In this document: positions 1-9,700 of the stretch, one piece after another
Layout: each line of letters opens with the position of its first letter
How positions within the stretch are numbered: the first letter of the stretch is position 1
Assembly (NCBI GenBank): GCA_963674735.2
Contig: CAXXQS010000001.1
Location: forward strand, 2,464,001 to 2,528,000
Reading direction: 5' to 3'
DNA: 64,000 bases
Source of the DNA: Myxococcota bacterium
GTDB taxonomy: Bacteria; Myxococcota_A; SURF-8
Notes under the pieces: generated by a model
Told to the model about the DNA's origin: nothing
The model's input: the letters and a program-made list of their open reading frames with translations, nothing else
Databases searched by the model: none
Translations under genes and position numbers: made by a program

Positions 1-2
1 AC

Positions 3-1373
3 GCGCTGCGCAACGAGATCATCGACGAACTCGTGCTGGCGGCGGTCTTCGCTCAGGATGAGGAAGTGCGCGATACCGCCCGCTGGCTGATATGGGAGAC
101 TGGCCATCAACTCGGCGCCACCATTGCCTCCATCCACGATCTTTACATGGCTCGTGGCCAGGAAAAATACAAAGATCTGTGCGTCCCGGCCGTCAACCTG
201 CGCGCCATGACTTACGACAAGGCCCGCGCCATGTTCCGCGCCGCCAACGGGATCAACTCGGGAGCCTTTATCTTTGAAATCGCCAAAAGCGAAATCGGCT
301 ATACCATGCAGCGTCCGGCCGAATATACCGCCGCCGTTTTGGCCGCCGCCATCAAGGAAGGCTACGAAGGCCCGGTGTTCATTCAGGGCGATCACTTCCA
401 GGTCAACGCCAAGAATTACAAACAAGATCCGGCCAAGGAACTCAATGCCGTCAAAGAATTGATCGAAGAAGCCGTCCCGGCCGGTTTCTACAACATCGAC
501 ATCGACACCTCCACCCTGGTGGATCTCGACGAACCGACCGTCCCCGAACAGCAACGGCTGAACTATGAACTGGCCGCCGAATTGACGGCCTATATCCGCA
601 ATCTGGAACCGAAAGGCATCACCGTCTCGGTCGGTGGCGAAATCGGCGAGGTGGGCGGCAAGAACTCCAACATCGAAGAGATGGAAGCCTACATGGATGG
701 CTACACCCAATCTCTGGCTAAGCAAGCCCCCGGCAAGCCGGGCCTGAGCAAAATCTCGGTGCAAACCGGGACCAGCCACGGCGGCGTGGTCCTGCCCGAC
801 GGCAGCATCGCCAAAGTGGCCCTCGATTTCAGTGTGCTCGACAGCCTCGGCAAAGTGGCCCGTGCCAAATACGGCATGTCGGGTTGCGTGCAGCACGGCG
901 CGTCCACTCTGCCCGACGAAGCCTTCCACAACTTCACCAGTTCGCAGGCTTCCGAAGTTCACCTGGCCACCGGTTTCCAGAACCTGCTTTACGATCACGC
1001 ATCCTTCCCGGCCGATCTGCGCGAACGCGTTTACGGCTGGCTGGCCATCAATTGCGCCAAGGAGCGCAAGCCCGGTAAAACCGACGAGCAGTTCTTCTAC
1101 AGCACCCGGAAGAAGGGCTTCGGTCCCTACAAATGGGAAACCTGGACGCTGCCGGAGTCGATCAAAGCCCCGATTCTGAAAGATCTGGAAGCGAAATTCA
1201 GCTTCCTGTTCAATCAACTGGGTCTCAAGGATCGCCGAGACGTGACGCGCGAATTCGTCAAAGCCCCCTTCATCGCCAAGGCTATGCCCAAGGCTCTGAA
1301 CACGCTTTTGACCGATCCGAACCGCTATGGTGCGGCACGCGGACCGGAAGAAGACGCCCCCGGCGCCGACTAA
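3..1373 (+). CDS. Class II fructose-bisphosphate aldolase-family protein (5' partial; frame is open to the window edge)
   Basis: VPAVN, FIQGDH, GEIGEVG, GTSHG and VQHGAS match class II (Zn) aldolase metal and substrate motifs. The frame is open upstream of the GTG at 33. Confidence 0.85.
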   Translation, partial: ALRNEIIDELVLAAVFAQDEEVRDTARWLIWETGHQLGATIASIHDLYMARGQEKYKDLCVPAVNLRAMTYDKARAMFRAANGINSGAFIFEIAKSEIGYTMQRPAEYTAAVLAAAIKEGYEGPVFIQGDHFQVNAKNYKQDPAKELNAVKELIEEAVPAGFYNIDIDTSTLVDLDEPTVPEQQRLNYELAAELTAYIRNLEPKGITVSVGGEIGEVGGKNSNIEEMEAYMDGYTQSLAKQAPGKPGLSKISVQTGTSHGGVVLPDGSIAKVALDFSVLDSLGKVARAKYGMSGCVQHGASTLPDEAFHNFTSSQASEVHLATGFQNLLYDHASFPADLRERVYGWLAINCAKERKPGKTDEQFFYSTRKKGFGPYKWETWTLPESIKAPILKDLEAKFSFLFNQLGLKDRRDVTREFVKAPFIAKAMPKALNTLLTDPNRYGAARGPEEDAPGAD

Positions 1374-1400
1374 GCCGCAAGGCGACAATCCTGACAGACG

Positions 1401-1436
1401 AACGGTCCTCCTTTTGGGGGGGCCGTTTTTATTTTC
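1401..1436 (+). terminator. Intrinsic terminator, probably bidirectional
   Basis: aacggtcctcc-tttt-gggggggccgtt stem followed by tttattttc, between convergent genes. Confidence 0.7.
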
Positions 1437-1451
1437 AATACTTTTTTACGC

Positions 1452-1799
1452 TTAACGCGGATGACAAATCTGGCAGGAGCGCGGATCGGGAAAACCCGTG
1501 TCCCCATGAGGAGCATCGTGGCAGTCGGAACAAGGCGTTTCACCGTCATGTCCCGCAGGTGCACCGTTGTTTCCGTGACAGTCGACACAAGTGTAAGATG
1601 GATTGACACTCGGCGTATAGCCGCGCGCAGGGTGGACGTCCTCTTCCGTGTGACAATCCCAGCAATCCGCCTGTTGCCACCCGTCATGATTTGCAGACAA
1701 CTCCACCGACCCGCCGTCGGTCTCGTCGCTGCTACCGCAAGCTACCAAGGTCGAAATAAGAAACACGACCAGTATTAACGCTTTCGCCCCGTGCTTCAT
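1452..1799 (-). CDS. Small tetraheme c-type cytochrome lipoprotein (115 aa)
   Basis: Start reassigned to ATG 1799 (GGAGA RBS upstream). Lipobox LVAC. Four CxxCH motifs (CWDCH, CVDCH, CSDCH, CQICH) plus four extra His. Confidence 0.85.
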   Translation of the reverse strand: MKHGAKALILVVFLISTLVACGSSDETDGGSVELSANHDGWQQADCWDCHTEEDVHPARGYTPSVNPSYTCVDCHGNNGAPAGHDGETPCSDCHDAPHGDTGFPDPRSCQICHPR

Positions 1800-1863
1800 G
1801 TCAATTCTCCGTCTTCCAATGATGAAAAAGACCCAGGGGTACTCATGCAAAACGGCAGATCGG

Positions 1864-2595
1864 TTAATCGTCCAAAATGTCAGCGGCCTCATCGTTATCC
1901 GCGGCCTCGGGATCCGGTTTGGGCTGTTTCGCTTCCAAATCCCTAACCAGAGCTTGAATTTTCTGGTGAGCCTCGGCATCCAGCTTAATGAACCGCAACC
2001 CGACACCCGTGCTCAGATCCAGTTTTTCGGCAATCAACGGCTGAATCAAGTGCACGACCTTGGCATCAACGCTGATCGGCTCGCCGGCATCCGGTAGTGT
2101 CAACCGCAACGAAACACGTTCATCCCTGTAAGGCGGCGGCGGCCCTTCGATTTTCAGAAACAGCCCACCCTCCGAGAGATTGTCGGTGTGCAAGTCGCCC
2201 AGTTCCGGCAGGTTGGCCACCTGCACCGGCAAATCGATGGGATAGCGGCGCGAACCGTTGCGGCGCGGTCCATCGTACTTCACCATCTCGACCAACCGAG
2301 CGTGCTCGGGATCGACAGCCAAGTGTTTCAAACCGAAACGGAAAATACCCAGGCTCATCTTTCGACCGTGTACCGGACGCCACCAGCGAACTTCGGAAAG
2401 ATAATGGAATTTCTCTCCTTCAAAGGTGATGACCCGCATCGAAACTTCATCGTTCATGTTGAGGCGGTACCGGGTACGCACCTCCATGCCTTCGTTCGAC
2501 AGGTTGGTCATGTATCCGATCTTCTGTTCACCGTTACAGCGAAGCAAAACCTCGAAACGTTTCTGCCAGCGTGGCGAATCACTGCGCCCGTCCAT
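1864..2595 (-). CDS. Tandem PilZ-domain protein (putative c-di-GMP receptor)
   Basis: Two PilZ-like units: RWQKR...NLSNEG and RNGSRRY...NLSEGG...GVGLRF. Confidence 0.8.
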   Translation of the reverse strand: MDGRSDSPRWQKRFEVLLRCNGEQKIGYMTNLSNEGMEVRTRYRLNMNDEVSMRVITFEGEKFHYLSEVRWWRPVHGRKMSLGIFRFGLKHLAVDPEHARLVEMVKYDGPRRNGSRRYPIDLPVQVANLPELGDLHTDNLSEGGLFLKIEGPPPPYRDERVSLRLTLPDAGEPISVDAKVVHLIQPLIAEKLDLSTGVGLRFIKLDAEAHQKIQALVRDLEAKQPKPDPEAADNDEAADILDD

Positions 2596-2754
2596 ATTTT
2601 GGCCTCCATCATTGTGACTTCTTTAGTTTTATCCGATTACGGCGAGGGGCGCAAGTCGCTTCAATGGAAAAATGTCAACCATTTCATCGACCTCCAACAT
2701 ATATAACCACATATTTAAAGCAAACACCCATTCGGGACAGTTGCGCAAACATAA

Positions 2755-4434
2755 TTGACCCAGCCGTTCAATCGCATTACACTCGCCGAGATGTGGACAC
2801 AACACTTCTCAAACACCGCTCACCGGCCAGCTTGGATCGGGCTGGCGGTCATCGTAATCCTGCTAAATGGCTGGATATTCGGAATCTGGACAGCCACCGT
2901 AAGCGCCGCCACCGCCGCCGCAACCGACTCGCCCGCAGAAGCGGAGGCGCAAAAGCTGGTCACGGCCTGGCCCACCGACCAACCGCCCTTCGTCGATTGG
3001 ACTGTCCCGCTTTCATCTCACGTTGCAGGGGAAATCCGACTGGCGATCACCCATCGAACGACCGGCGAACAACTGCAATTGGTACTGCGAGTCCGGGATG
3101 ACAGCCAGCCCGCCTTCGCACGCTCGCAACTCTACAATATTTTTTACTTCTCCACCGCAAAGTCCGCTCACACCTCCCCCGAAGCGGATCGCCTTTTGCC
3201 GCAGGTGAGTATCTGGCTGAAGAAAGTCGAAACCAACCGCACCGCTCTCTTGCCTTACGATGAAGCTCAACGGCGGGCTCAAGAACAGCGAGAAAAAGAG
3301 GAAGCCCGCCAAAAAGTTGAAGCCGAGCGACAACAACGCCGCGACCGCATCGGCATTCAGCGTCTGGTGGCACCGGGAATAGCAAATCGCTTATCTCCTC
3401 AACGCCTGCGCCCCTTCACCGGTCTGCTCGTGCTTGTGCTTTTCCTCTTCTGCCTGCCGCGCGTTCATCGAGCCTTTAAAGTCGTGCGGGGGCTCGAATT
3501 CACGTACATCACCCGCATCGGCGATCCGGCAGGACCGATTCTCGCCCTGCTCTTCGCCATCCGCTACGGCATTTCCTGGACCGGAGCGACCCCGTCCATC
3601 GGCTTATCCGATCCGGTCGGAGCCTGGCTCACCAGCACCAGCTTATTAGCCGCTCCCCATACTTTTTGGGTCGCCGCCATCATTGCAGGAATCTTGACGG
3701 TCCTCGGCGCTTACATGATCGGGATGACGGCCTACGTCGTGTTCGACGATGACCGGATGGCCGGTTTGTCGGCCCTTCTCTATCTGGCTTGGCGCTTGGT
3801 CCAACCAATCGAGTCCGATCAGATTTCCGCCCTGGTCGCCGACGCCGCATTGAGCGCAGGATGGTTGGCGCTGCAACTTCAGATTTTGAGCCATAAAAAC
3901 ACCCCACGCATGTTGCTTGCGGCTCCCCTCTTCGCTCTGGCCGCCTGGGCCGAACCCGCCTACTGGTCCACCTCGATTTTGGGCTTTGCCGCCCTTCTGA
4001 TAGACCCACGCTTTCGTTCTTCGACGGTTTCGTTTCCCATTGCCTGGCTGTTTCCGATCATTACCCTGCTCATGATCGTTCCAGCGGTCTTGAGAGCAAT
4101 TTTGCCTTTGGGTCTGACAGCTCCGGATATGCTGTTTGGCGGCTGGACCTCTCCCATCTGGCCGATCCTGCACAACCATCCGGAAACGATACTATTCGCC
4201 GCTCTGGCCATTTTCTTCGGAGGGACGGCGATCTATAAAGCCATTCACGCCGAACGGGCCACGGCCGTTCTTTTCGTGCTTTTTTATGGAATCTGTTTGA
4301 TCGGAGCCACCGGCTTGGAGGGCTGGCGTACCGACCATCTCCTGGCCGGTCGCAGCATCGTTTTTCCCTGTTGGCTGATCGCGGCGGGACTGATTTCCAT
4401 CATTCACCGCGAGCCCCAATCCGCCACGACCTGA
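2755..4434 (+). CDS. Polytopic membrane protein with N-terminal extracytoplasmic domain and coiled coil; possible GT-C (ArnT/PMT-like) fold
   Basis: N-terminal hydrophobic helix, charged EAQRRAQEQREKEE coil, then about 10 hydrophobic segments. Start codon uncertain. Confidence 0.55.
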   Translation: MTQPFNRITLAEMWTQHFSNTAHRPAWIGLAVIVILLNGWIFGIWTATVSAATAAATDSPAEAEAQKLVTAWPTDQPPFVDWTVPLSSHVAGEIRLAITHRTTGEQLQLVLRVRDDSQPAFARSQLYNIFYFSTAKSAHTSPEADRLLPQVSIWLKKVETNRTALLPYDEAQRRAQEQREKEEARQKVEAERQQRRDRIGIQRLVAPGIANRLSPQRLRPFTGLLVLVLFLFCLPRVHRAFKVVRGLEFTYITRIGDPAGPILALLFAIRYGISWTGATPSIGLSDPVGAWLTSTSLLAAPHTFWVAAIIAGILTVLGAYMIGMTAYVVFDDDRMAGLSALLYLAWRLVQPIESDQISALVADAALSAGWLALQLQILSHKNTPRMLLAAPLFALAAWAEPAYWSTSILGFAALLIDPRFRSSTVSFPIAWLFPIITLLMIVPAVLRAILPLGLTAPDMLFGGWTSPIWPILHNHPETILFAALAIFFGGTAIYKAIHAERATAVLFVLFYGICLIGATGLEGWRTDHLLAGRSIVFPCWLIAAGLISIIHREPQSATT

Positions 4435-4568
4435 TTAGCAATCAATGTGGCAATTCGGCAACACCGCGACGTCAAGACGGCGACGCTTCCGCTGATTCGC
4501 TATCCATCCGGATCTACAAGGATTTCTTCTTAGAAAGCCCCCAACTATCCGCAAGCTTTTCTCGCTTG

Positions 4569-4582
4569 CGACAAATTTGTCG
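4569..4582. promoter_or_regulatory. Perfect 14-bp palindrome CGACAAATTTGTCG; candidate activator (enhancer) site
   Basis: Exact inverted repeat about 100 bp upstream of the predicted start of a sigma54-like promoter. Confidence 0.45.
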
Positions 4583-4649
4583 GTTTACCCCACCCCCCTT
4601 GTTTTCTCGCAAATACCCCAAGCTGCCGTGAAAACTGAAGAACATGAAT

Positions 4650-4664
4650 TGGCATGATTATTGA
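4650..4664 (+). promoter_or_regulatory. Sigma54-like promoter TGGCATGATTATTGA
   Basis: GG at -24 with correct spacing; -12 reads GA instead of GC. Confidence 0.5.
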
Positions 4665-4720
4665 AGAATAAATACGGTATGAATCGGGATTAACGACTTA
4701 TGTTCCCGATGGAGGTAAGC

Positions 4721-4903
4721 ATGACTCTCACAACCGAACTTGAACGCATGCAACGACGTATCGGCCTAACCGGCGATGTCAAGTGGATGAACTTCTACAG
4801 CCGACATTTTCCTTTACACTACGACAAATATGTCCGAACCTTCACCCATCCTCGCGCCGTCAAACGCGTGTGGTTTTACGGAAATCGCTTAAGTATCAAA
4901 TAG
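4721..4903 (+). CDS. Hypothetical small basic protein (60 aa)
   Basis: Strong GGAGGT RBS at 4711-4716 before ATG 4721; lies in a free intergenic gap. Confidence 0.6.
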   Translation: MTLTTELERMQRRIGLTGDVKWMNFYSRHFPLHYDKYVRTFTHPRAVKRVWFYGNRLSIK

Positions 4904-4912
4904 TTGTGCTTA

Positions 4913-4928
4913 TGGCACGCTTCTTTCA
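4913..4928 (+). promoter_or_regulatory. Second sigma54-like promoter TGGCACGCTTCTTTCA
   Basis: Perfect TGGCACG -24 box; degenerate -12 (TTTC). Confidence 0.45.
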
Positions 4929-4939
4929 ATAGCTTATTA

Positions 4940-5060
4940 CCATCTGCAGGGCCCGTGGCGAGTCCTATTTGGTAAGAAAAAGTTTCGATGGTCTTTCCCT
5001 GCAGTATACCCCGATCTGAAAGGCGCGGGGGGGTCCGAGCCTTTCAGACGGGGTATCTTT
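4940..5060 (+). ncRNA. Candidate structured small RNA (about 120 nt)
   Basis: Stem ctgcaggg (4944-4951)/ccctgcag (4997-5004), then an 18-bp hairpin 5006-5056 with one bulge and a G7 loop, followed by cttt. Begins where the upstream sigma54-like promoter would initiate. Confidence 0.45.
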
Positions 5061-5190
5061 GTGTCTAACCAATCGCTCTCATGTTGAATCATTCCATTTT
5101 AGAATACCAAAGCGAGATAGCCTTCGCAAAACCTTCCTCTTTTTGCCTGAACGGTATGGCAGAAAGATCGGATGCGACAGGTGTGAGGAC

Positions 5191-6714
5191 TTATTCCGGG
5201 TAGGCTTTCTGACGGAAATACAGAAAGAGGGTCTGGAAGATGGAGAAGACCGGCACCGCCAACAACGCCCCGAAGAGCCCATAGCCGTATTCCCCGGCCA
5301 CCAAGGCGAACACCACCAGAACCGGATGGATATGAGCCGAGGAACCCATGATTTTGGGATTGAGGATATTCGCTTCGATCAGGTGAATGATGACGATCCA
5401 CACGAGGGCCAAAAAGCCGATCATGAACGATTGCGTCAAGCCGATGGCCACCGCCGGAATCGTCGACAAAATCGTGCCGAAGATGGGAATCAGGGAAAAT
5501 ACTGCCGCAATCACAGCCAAAACGACGGCGTATTTGACACCGATGATCGTCAAACCGATTCCGGTCAGCGTGCCGTTAACTAAGCAGATCATCAACTGCC
5601 CACGAATCACTCCACCCAACCCCCGGTCGATGCCGCGTACAACGTCATCGTATTCCTCGCGGTATTTGGGAGGCGTCAACGAGCGGAAAAACTCTTTGAT
5701 TCTCGGCGTATCGATTAAAATGAACGCCGCAAGCATGAACGTCAAGACCAGCGTCATCAGCGAACCGACGACCATACCGACCACATTGCGCCCGAGAACG
5801 AAGGCATCGGCGACCAGCCTTTCACCGGAACTCAACAGATTGTCCAGCTTCTGCTGAACGCGGGACTGCAAATCGAGCGCCCGTTCGCCGCCGGGATTGG
5901 GTATGGTATCAAGCGGCACCAGTTGCAGCTTATAGCTTCCCTCTCCTTTTTGCTCGACCTCGATCGAATAGTTTTCCAGTTTAGCCGCCAACTGGTCCAA
6001 TAGCGGACCCGCCAACGGATCGTCGGGCACGTCCCCCTCCGGAGCAAACTCCGAACCGGGCTGCAAATCCACCTGCATTTCCTCCACTCCGATGTCCTCC
6101 GGTCCCAAAACGATCGGTCGCTTGGTCGGCAACGGCGAAGGAACTTTCTTGTTAACGGAATCGTCCGGATCTTGATCCGATTCCTCTTCCAAAGGACGCT
6201 TGAGATCCTGGAGAAACGACTGCAAACGGTCATTTAGGTCCGGCACCCAGACCTGCGAAGCCTTTCGGAAAATCGTCGGAACATCGTTGGCCATTTTGGA
6301 GAATTCCGAAGCGAAACGCGGCAGCACCAGAAGTGAGAAAACATAAACCCCGATGAGCAAAATGATGTAGATCAGAATGACCGAAATCCAACGCGGCAGA
6401 CGCATCTTTTTTATCCGCCACGCCGACATCCGATCCACCAGCGGAGACACAACGTAGGCGACGACCACCGCCAGAATGAACGGCAGCAGAATGCCGCGAA
6501 CCGCATAGAGCACAATGAGGAAGAAGAGGATGCTCCCCATCCACAAAAAACGCCGTCCCCACTTCCGCACCGCGCTGACCATCCCCAGTGGGTCGGGTTG
6601 CGCGTCGCTCGTTTCGAGTGGAGCTCGCACCTCCGCCGTTTGTACGTCGGGTTCATCGACGGACGGCGTAGACGAGGGCGCTTTCGACGGATTTTCGGGG
6701 TTATCTGTACTCAT
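5191..6714 (-). CDS. AI-2E (PerM/TqsA) family transporter with large acidic insertion
   Basis: PFILAVVVAYVVSPLV, RGQL, LIPIFG, EANILNPKIMG and IHPVLV family motifs. ATG 6714 overlaps the end of carB. Confidence 0.85.
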   Translation of the reverse strand: MSTDNPENPSKAPSSTPSVDEPDVQTAEVRAPLETSDAQPDPLGMVSAVRKWGRRFLWMGSILFFLIVLYAVRGILLPFILAVVVAYVVSPLVDRMSAWRIKKMRLPRWISVILIYIILLIGVYVFSLLVLPRFASEFSKMANDVPTIFRKASQVWVPDLNDRLQSFLQDLKRPLEEESDQDPDDSVNKKVPSPLPTKRPIVLGPEDIGVEEMQVDLQPGSEFAPEGDVPDDPLAGPLLDQLAAKLENYSIEVEQKGEGSYKLQLVPLDTIPNPGGERALDLQSRVQQKLDNLLSSGERLVADAFVLGRNVVGMVVGSLMTLVLTFMLAAFILIDTPRIKEFFRSLTPPKYREEYDDVVRGIDRGLGGVIRGQLMICLVNGTLTGIGLTIIGVKYAVVLAVIAAVFSLIPIFGTILSTIPAVAIGLTQSFMIGFLALVWIVIIHLIEANILNPKIMGSSAHIHPVLVVFALVAGEYGYGLFGALLAVPVFSIFQTLFLYFRQKAYPE

Positions 6715-9700
6715 CCCAGGCAAGAACCTCCAGCTCCGTGCCTTGCGTGCGCACCAATGAAAGTACCACCAGCTCGGCCAGCTGCAAATTGGTAAACAAC
6801 GGAATGCCCATATCCACCGCCGTGCGACGGATCGCATAACCGTCCTGGTTTTCCTCGGCGCTGTATTCCTTGGGGATATTGATCACCAGGTCGATCTTGC
6901 CGTTGGTCAAATACTCCGTGCAGCTGGGCGATTTTTGATCCCGTTCTTTGTACAACATCTCCACCGGGATGTCACGCTCTTTCAAAAACGCGTAGGTGCC
7001 CGCCGTCGCATAAAGCGGAAGTCCGAGTTTGAGCAGAAGATTCAACCCATCAACGAAGTCCAGCTTGTCGCGTTCACGTCCGATCGACACCAACACACCG
7101 GTTTTCGGATAGCGGAAGCCGGTTGACAACAGCGACTTGAGCAGGGCCTCTTCCGTATCGCGGCCGAAACACGCCACTTCACCAGTGCTGGCCATTTCAA
7201 CTCCCAAAGTCGGATCAGCCCCGGTAAGGCGCGAGAACGAAAACTGCGAAGCCTTCACACCGAGATAGTCCAAATCGATGGAATCCACTTTTACCGGCCG
7301 TTTCTTGCCCAGCATGCGCTCGGTCGCGACCCGAATGAAGTTTTCTTTCGTCACTTTGGACACGAAGGGGAAGCTGCGCGAAGCGCGCAGATTGCACTCG
7401 ATCACCTTGACCATATTGTTGCGGGCCAGGAATTGAATATTGAAGGGTCCTGTAATTTCAAGCTCTTTCGCGATCTTAGCGGCGATTTGCTTGATCTTGC
7501 GGAAGGTGCGCAGATAGATTTTCTGAGGTGGCAACATCAGCGTGGCATCACCGGAATGCACCCCGGCCTTTTCGACGTGCTCACTGACGGCGTAGGCCAC
7601 CAGTTCCCCGGCATCCGCCACCGCGTCGATTTCGATCTCCTTGCTGTCCACCTCGTATTTGCTCATCACCACCGGATATTCAGGACTGACGCTGGTGGCT
7701 TTTTTGAGGTAATTGTCCAACTGGCTTTCATCGTAAGCGACACACATGGCCGCCCCCGACAGCACATAGGATGGCCGCACCAACACCGGGAAACCGATGC
7801 GTTTGGCGACATCCTGCAGATTGTCGATGTCGGTCATTTCCGCCCAGAGCGGCTGATCGACCCCGAGGTCATCGCATAACTGTGAAAATTTGTGCCGATC
7901 CTCCGCCCGGTCGATATTGGCGGCGCTGGTGCCCATGATGGTGACGCCATTTTGCGCCAATTTCATGGCCATGTTGTTGGGAACCTGCCCTCCCACCGAG
8001 ACGATCAAGCCTTGGGGGCTTTCTTTTTCCCACAAGTCGAGGACGGTTTCGAGGCTGATCTCGTCGAAATACAGTCGGTCGCAGACATCGTAATCGGTTG
8101 AAACGGTTTCGGGATTGTGGTTGAGCAGAATCGTTTCGTAACCCAGTTCACGACAGGTGTTGACGGCGTTGACGCAGCACCAGTCGAACTCGACCGATGA
8201 TCCGATTCGATAGGCTCCCGATCCCAATACCACCATCTTCTGCCGCACCGTCGCAGTGACATCGTCGTCGATACCATGATAGGTGAAATACAAATAGTTG
8301 GTTTCAGCCGGGTATTCGGCGGCCAAGGTATCGATCTGCTTGACTCGGGGAACAATGCCCTGCTCTTTGCGATAAGCCCGCACCGTCATGTCGTCCGTTT
8401 TGGCCGACCGGGCGATCTGGCGATCGGAAAAACCACCCTGTTTCGCCTTATTCAGCAACGATTTATCGTAAGGCCATTGAGCGGCCTGCATAGCTTTTTC
8501 AATCAGGGCCAGATTTTGAACTTTCTGCAAAAACCAGGGAGTAATGAAACTCAGTTCAGCAATTTCCTCAACGGAAAAGCCCCGGCGAAAGCCTTCCATG
8601 ACGGCAAAGACGCGCTTGGGCGATGGAACGGCGATCTTGTCGCGCAGGGTTTTGTCATCCAAACGACCGTATTCCATCGGCTCGAAGGCCAGTCCTTCGA
8701 CGCCGATCTGCAGCATACGCAACGCTTTTTGCAGAACTTCCTCGAAGCTGCGCCCGATGGCCATCACCTCGCCGACCGATTTCATCTCCGAGCTGAGTTG
8801 CTGGCGCACCCGCTGGAATTTTTCGAGATCCCAACGCGGAATTTTGAGGACGAGATAATCGAGCGCGGGTTCGAAAAAGGCCGCCGTGCGTCGCGTGATG
8901 ACGTTGGCCAAGTCCACCAGGGTATAACCCAACGCCAGCTTCGCCGCGATGTAGGCCAGCGGATAGCCGGTGGCTTTGGACGCCAGCGCCGAAGAACGCG
9001 ACAACCGGGCGTTGACTTCGATAACCCGGTAATCGCCCGTTTGGGGACAAAGCGCAAACTGGATGTTGCACTCACCGATGATGCCGATCCGGCGAATGGC
9101 TTTGATCGATAACTCGCGCAGGAAATGGTAGTCGCGATTATCGAGCGTCTGACTGGGGGCCACCACGATGGACTCGCCGGTATGCACGCCCAGCGGATCC
9201 ATGTTTTCCATGTTGCAGACGGTCACGCAGTTGTCGCGGACGTCGCGCACGACCTCGTATTCGATCTCTTTCCAACCTTCGAGGTATTCCTCCACCAGCA
9301 CCTGCGGAATCCCCGCGAAGGCTTTGGGCAATACGGCTTCCAGATCTTCGTCGTCGCGCACGATAGCCGAGCCTTTGCCGCCCAAAGAGAAAGCACCCCG
9401 CAGAATCAAGGGATAGCCGAGAATCTTGACGGCTTCCCGCGCCTGTTTGGGACCGTTGCAGGCCACGGAGCGGGCGGTCTTGATGTTGATCTCGTTTAGC
9501 ACATCGATAAAGAGCGCGCGATCCTCCGTTTCGAGAATGGATTGCACCGGGGTGCCCAAAACGCGCACCTGATACTTCTCGAAAACACCGCTTTTAAACA
9601 GCGCCACGCCGCAATTGAGGGCGGTCTGACCGCCGAAACTCAACAGAATGGCGTCCACCTTCTCTTTTACGATTACCCGTTCCACCATGTCGGGGGTGAC

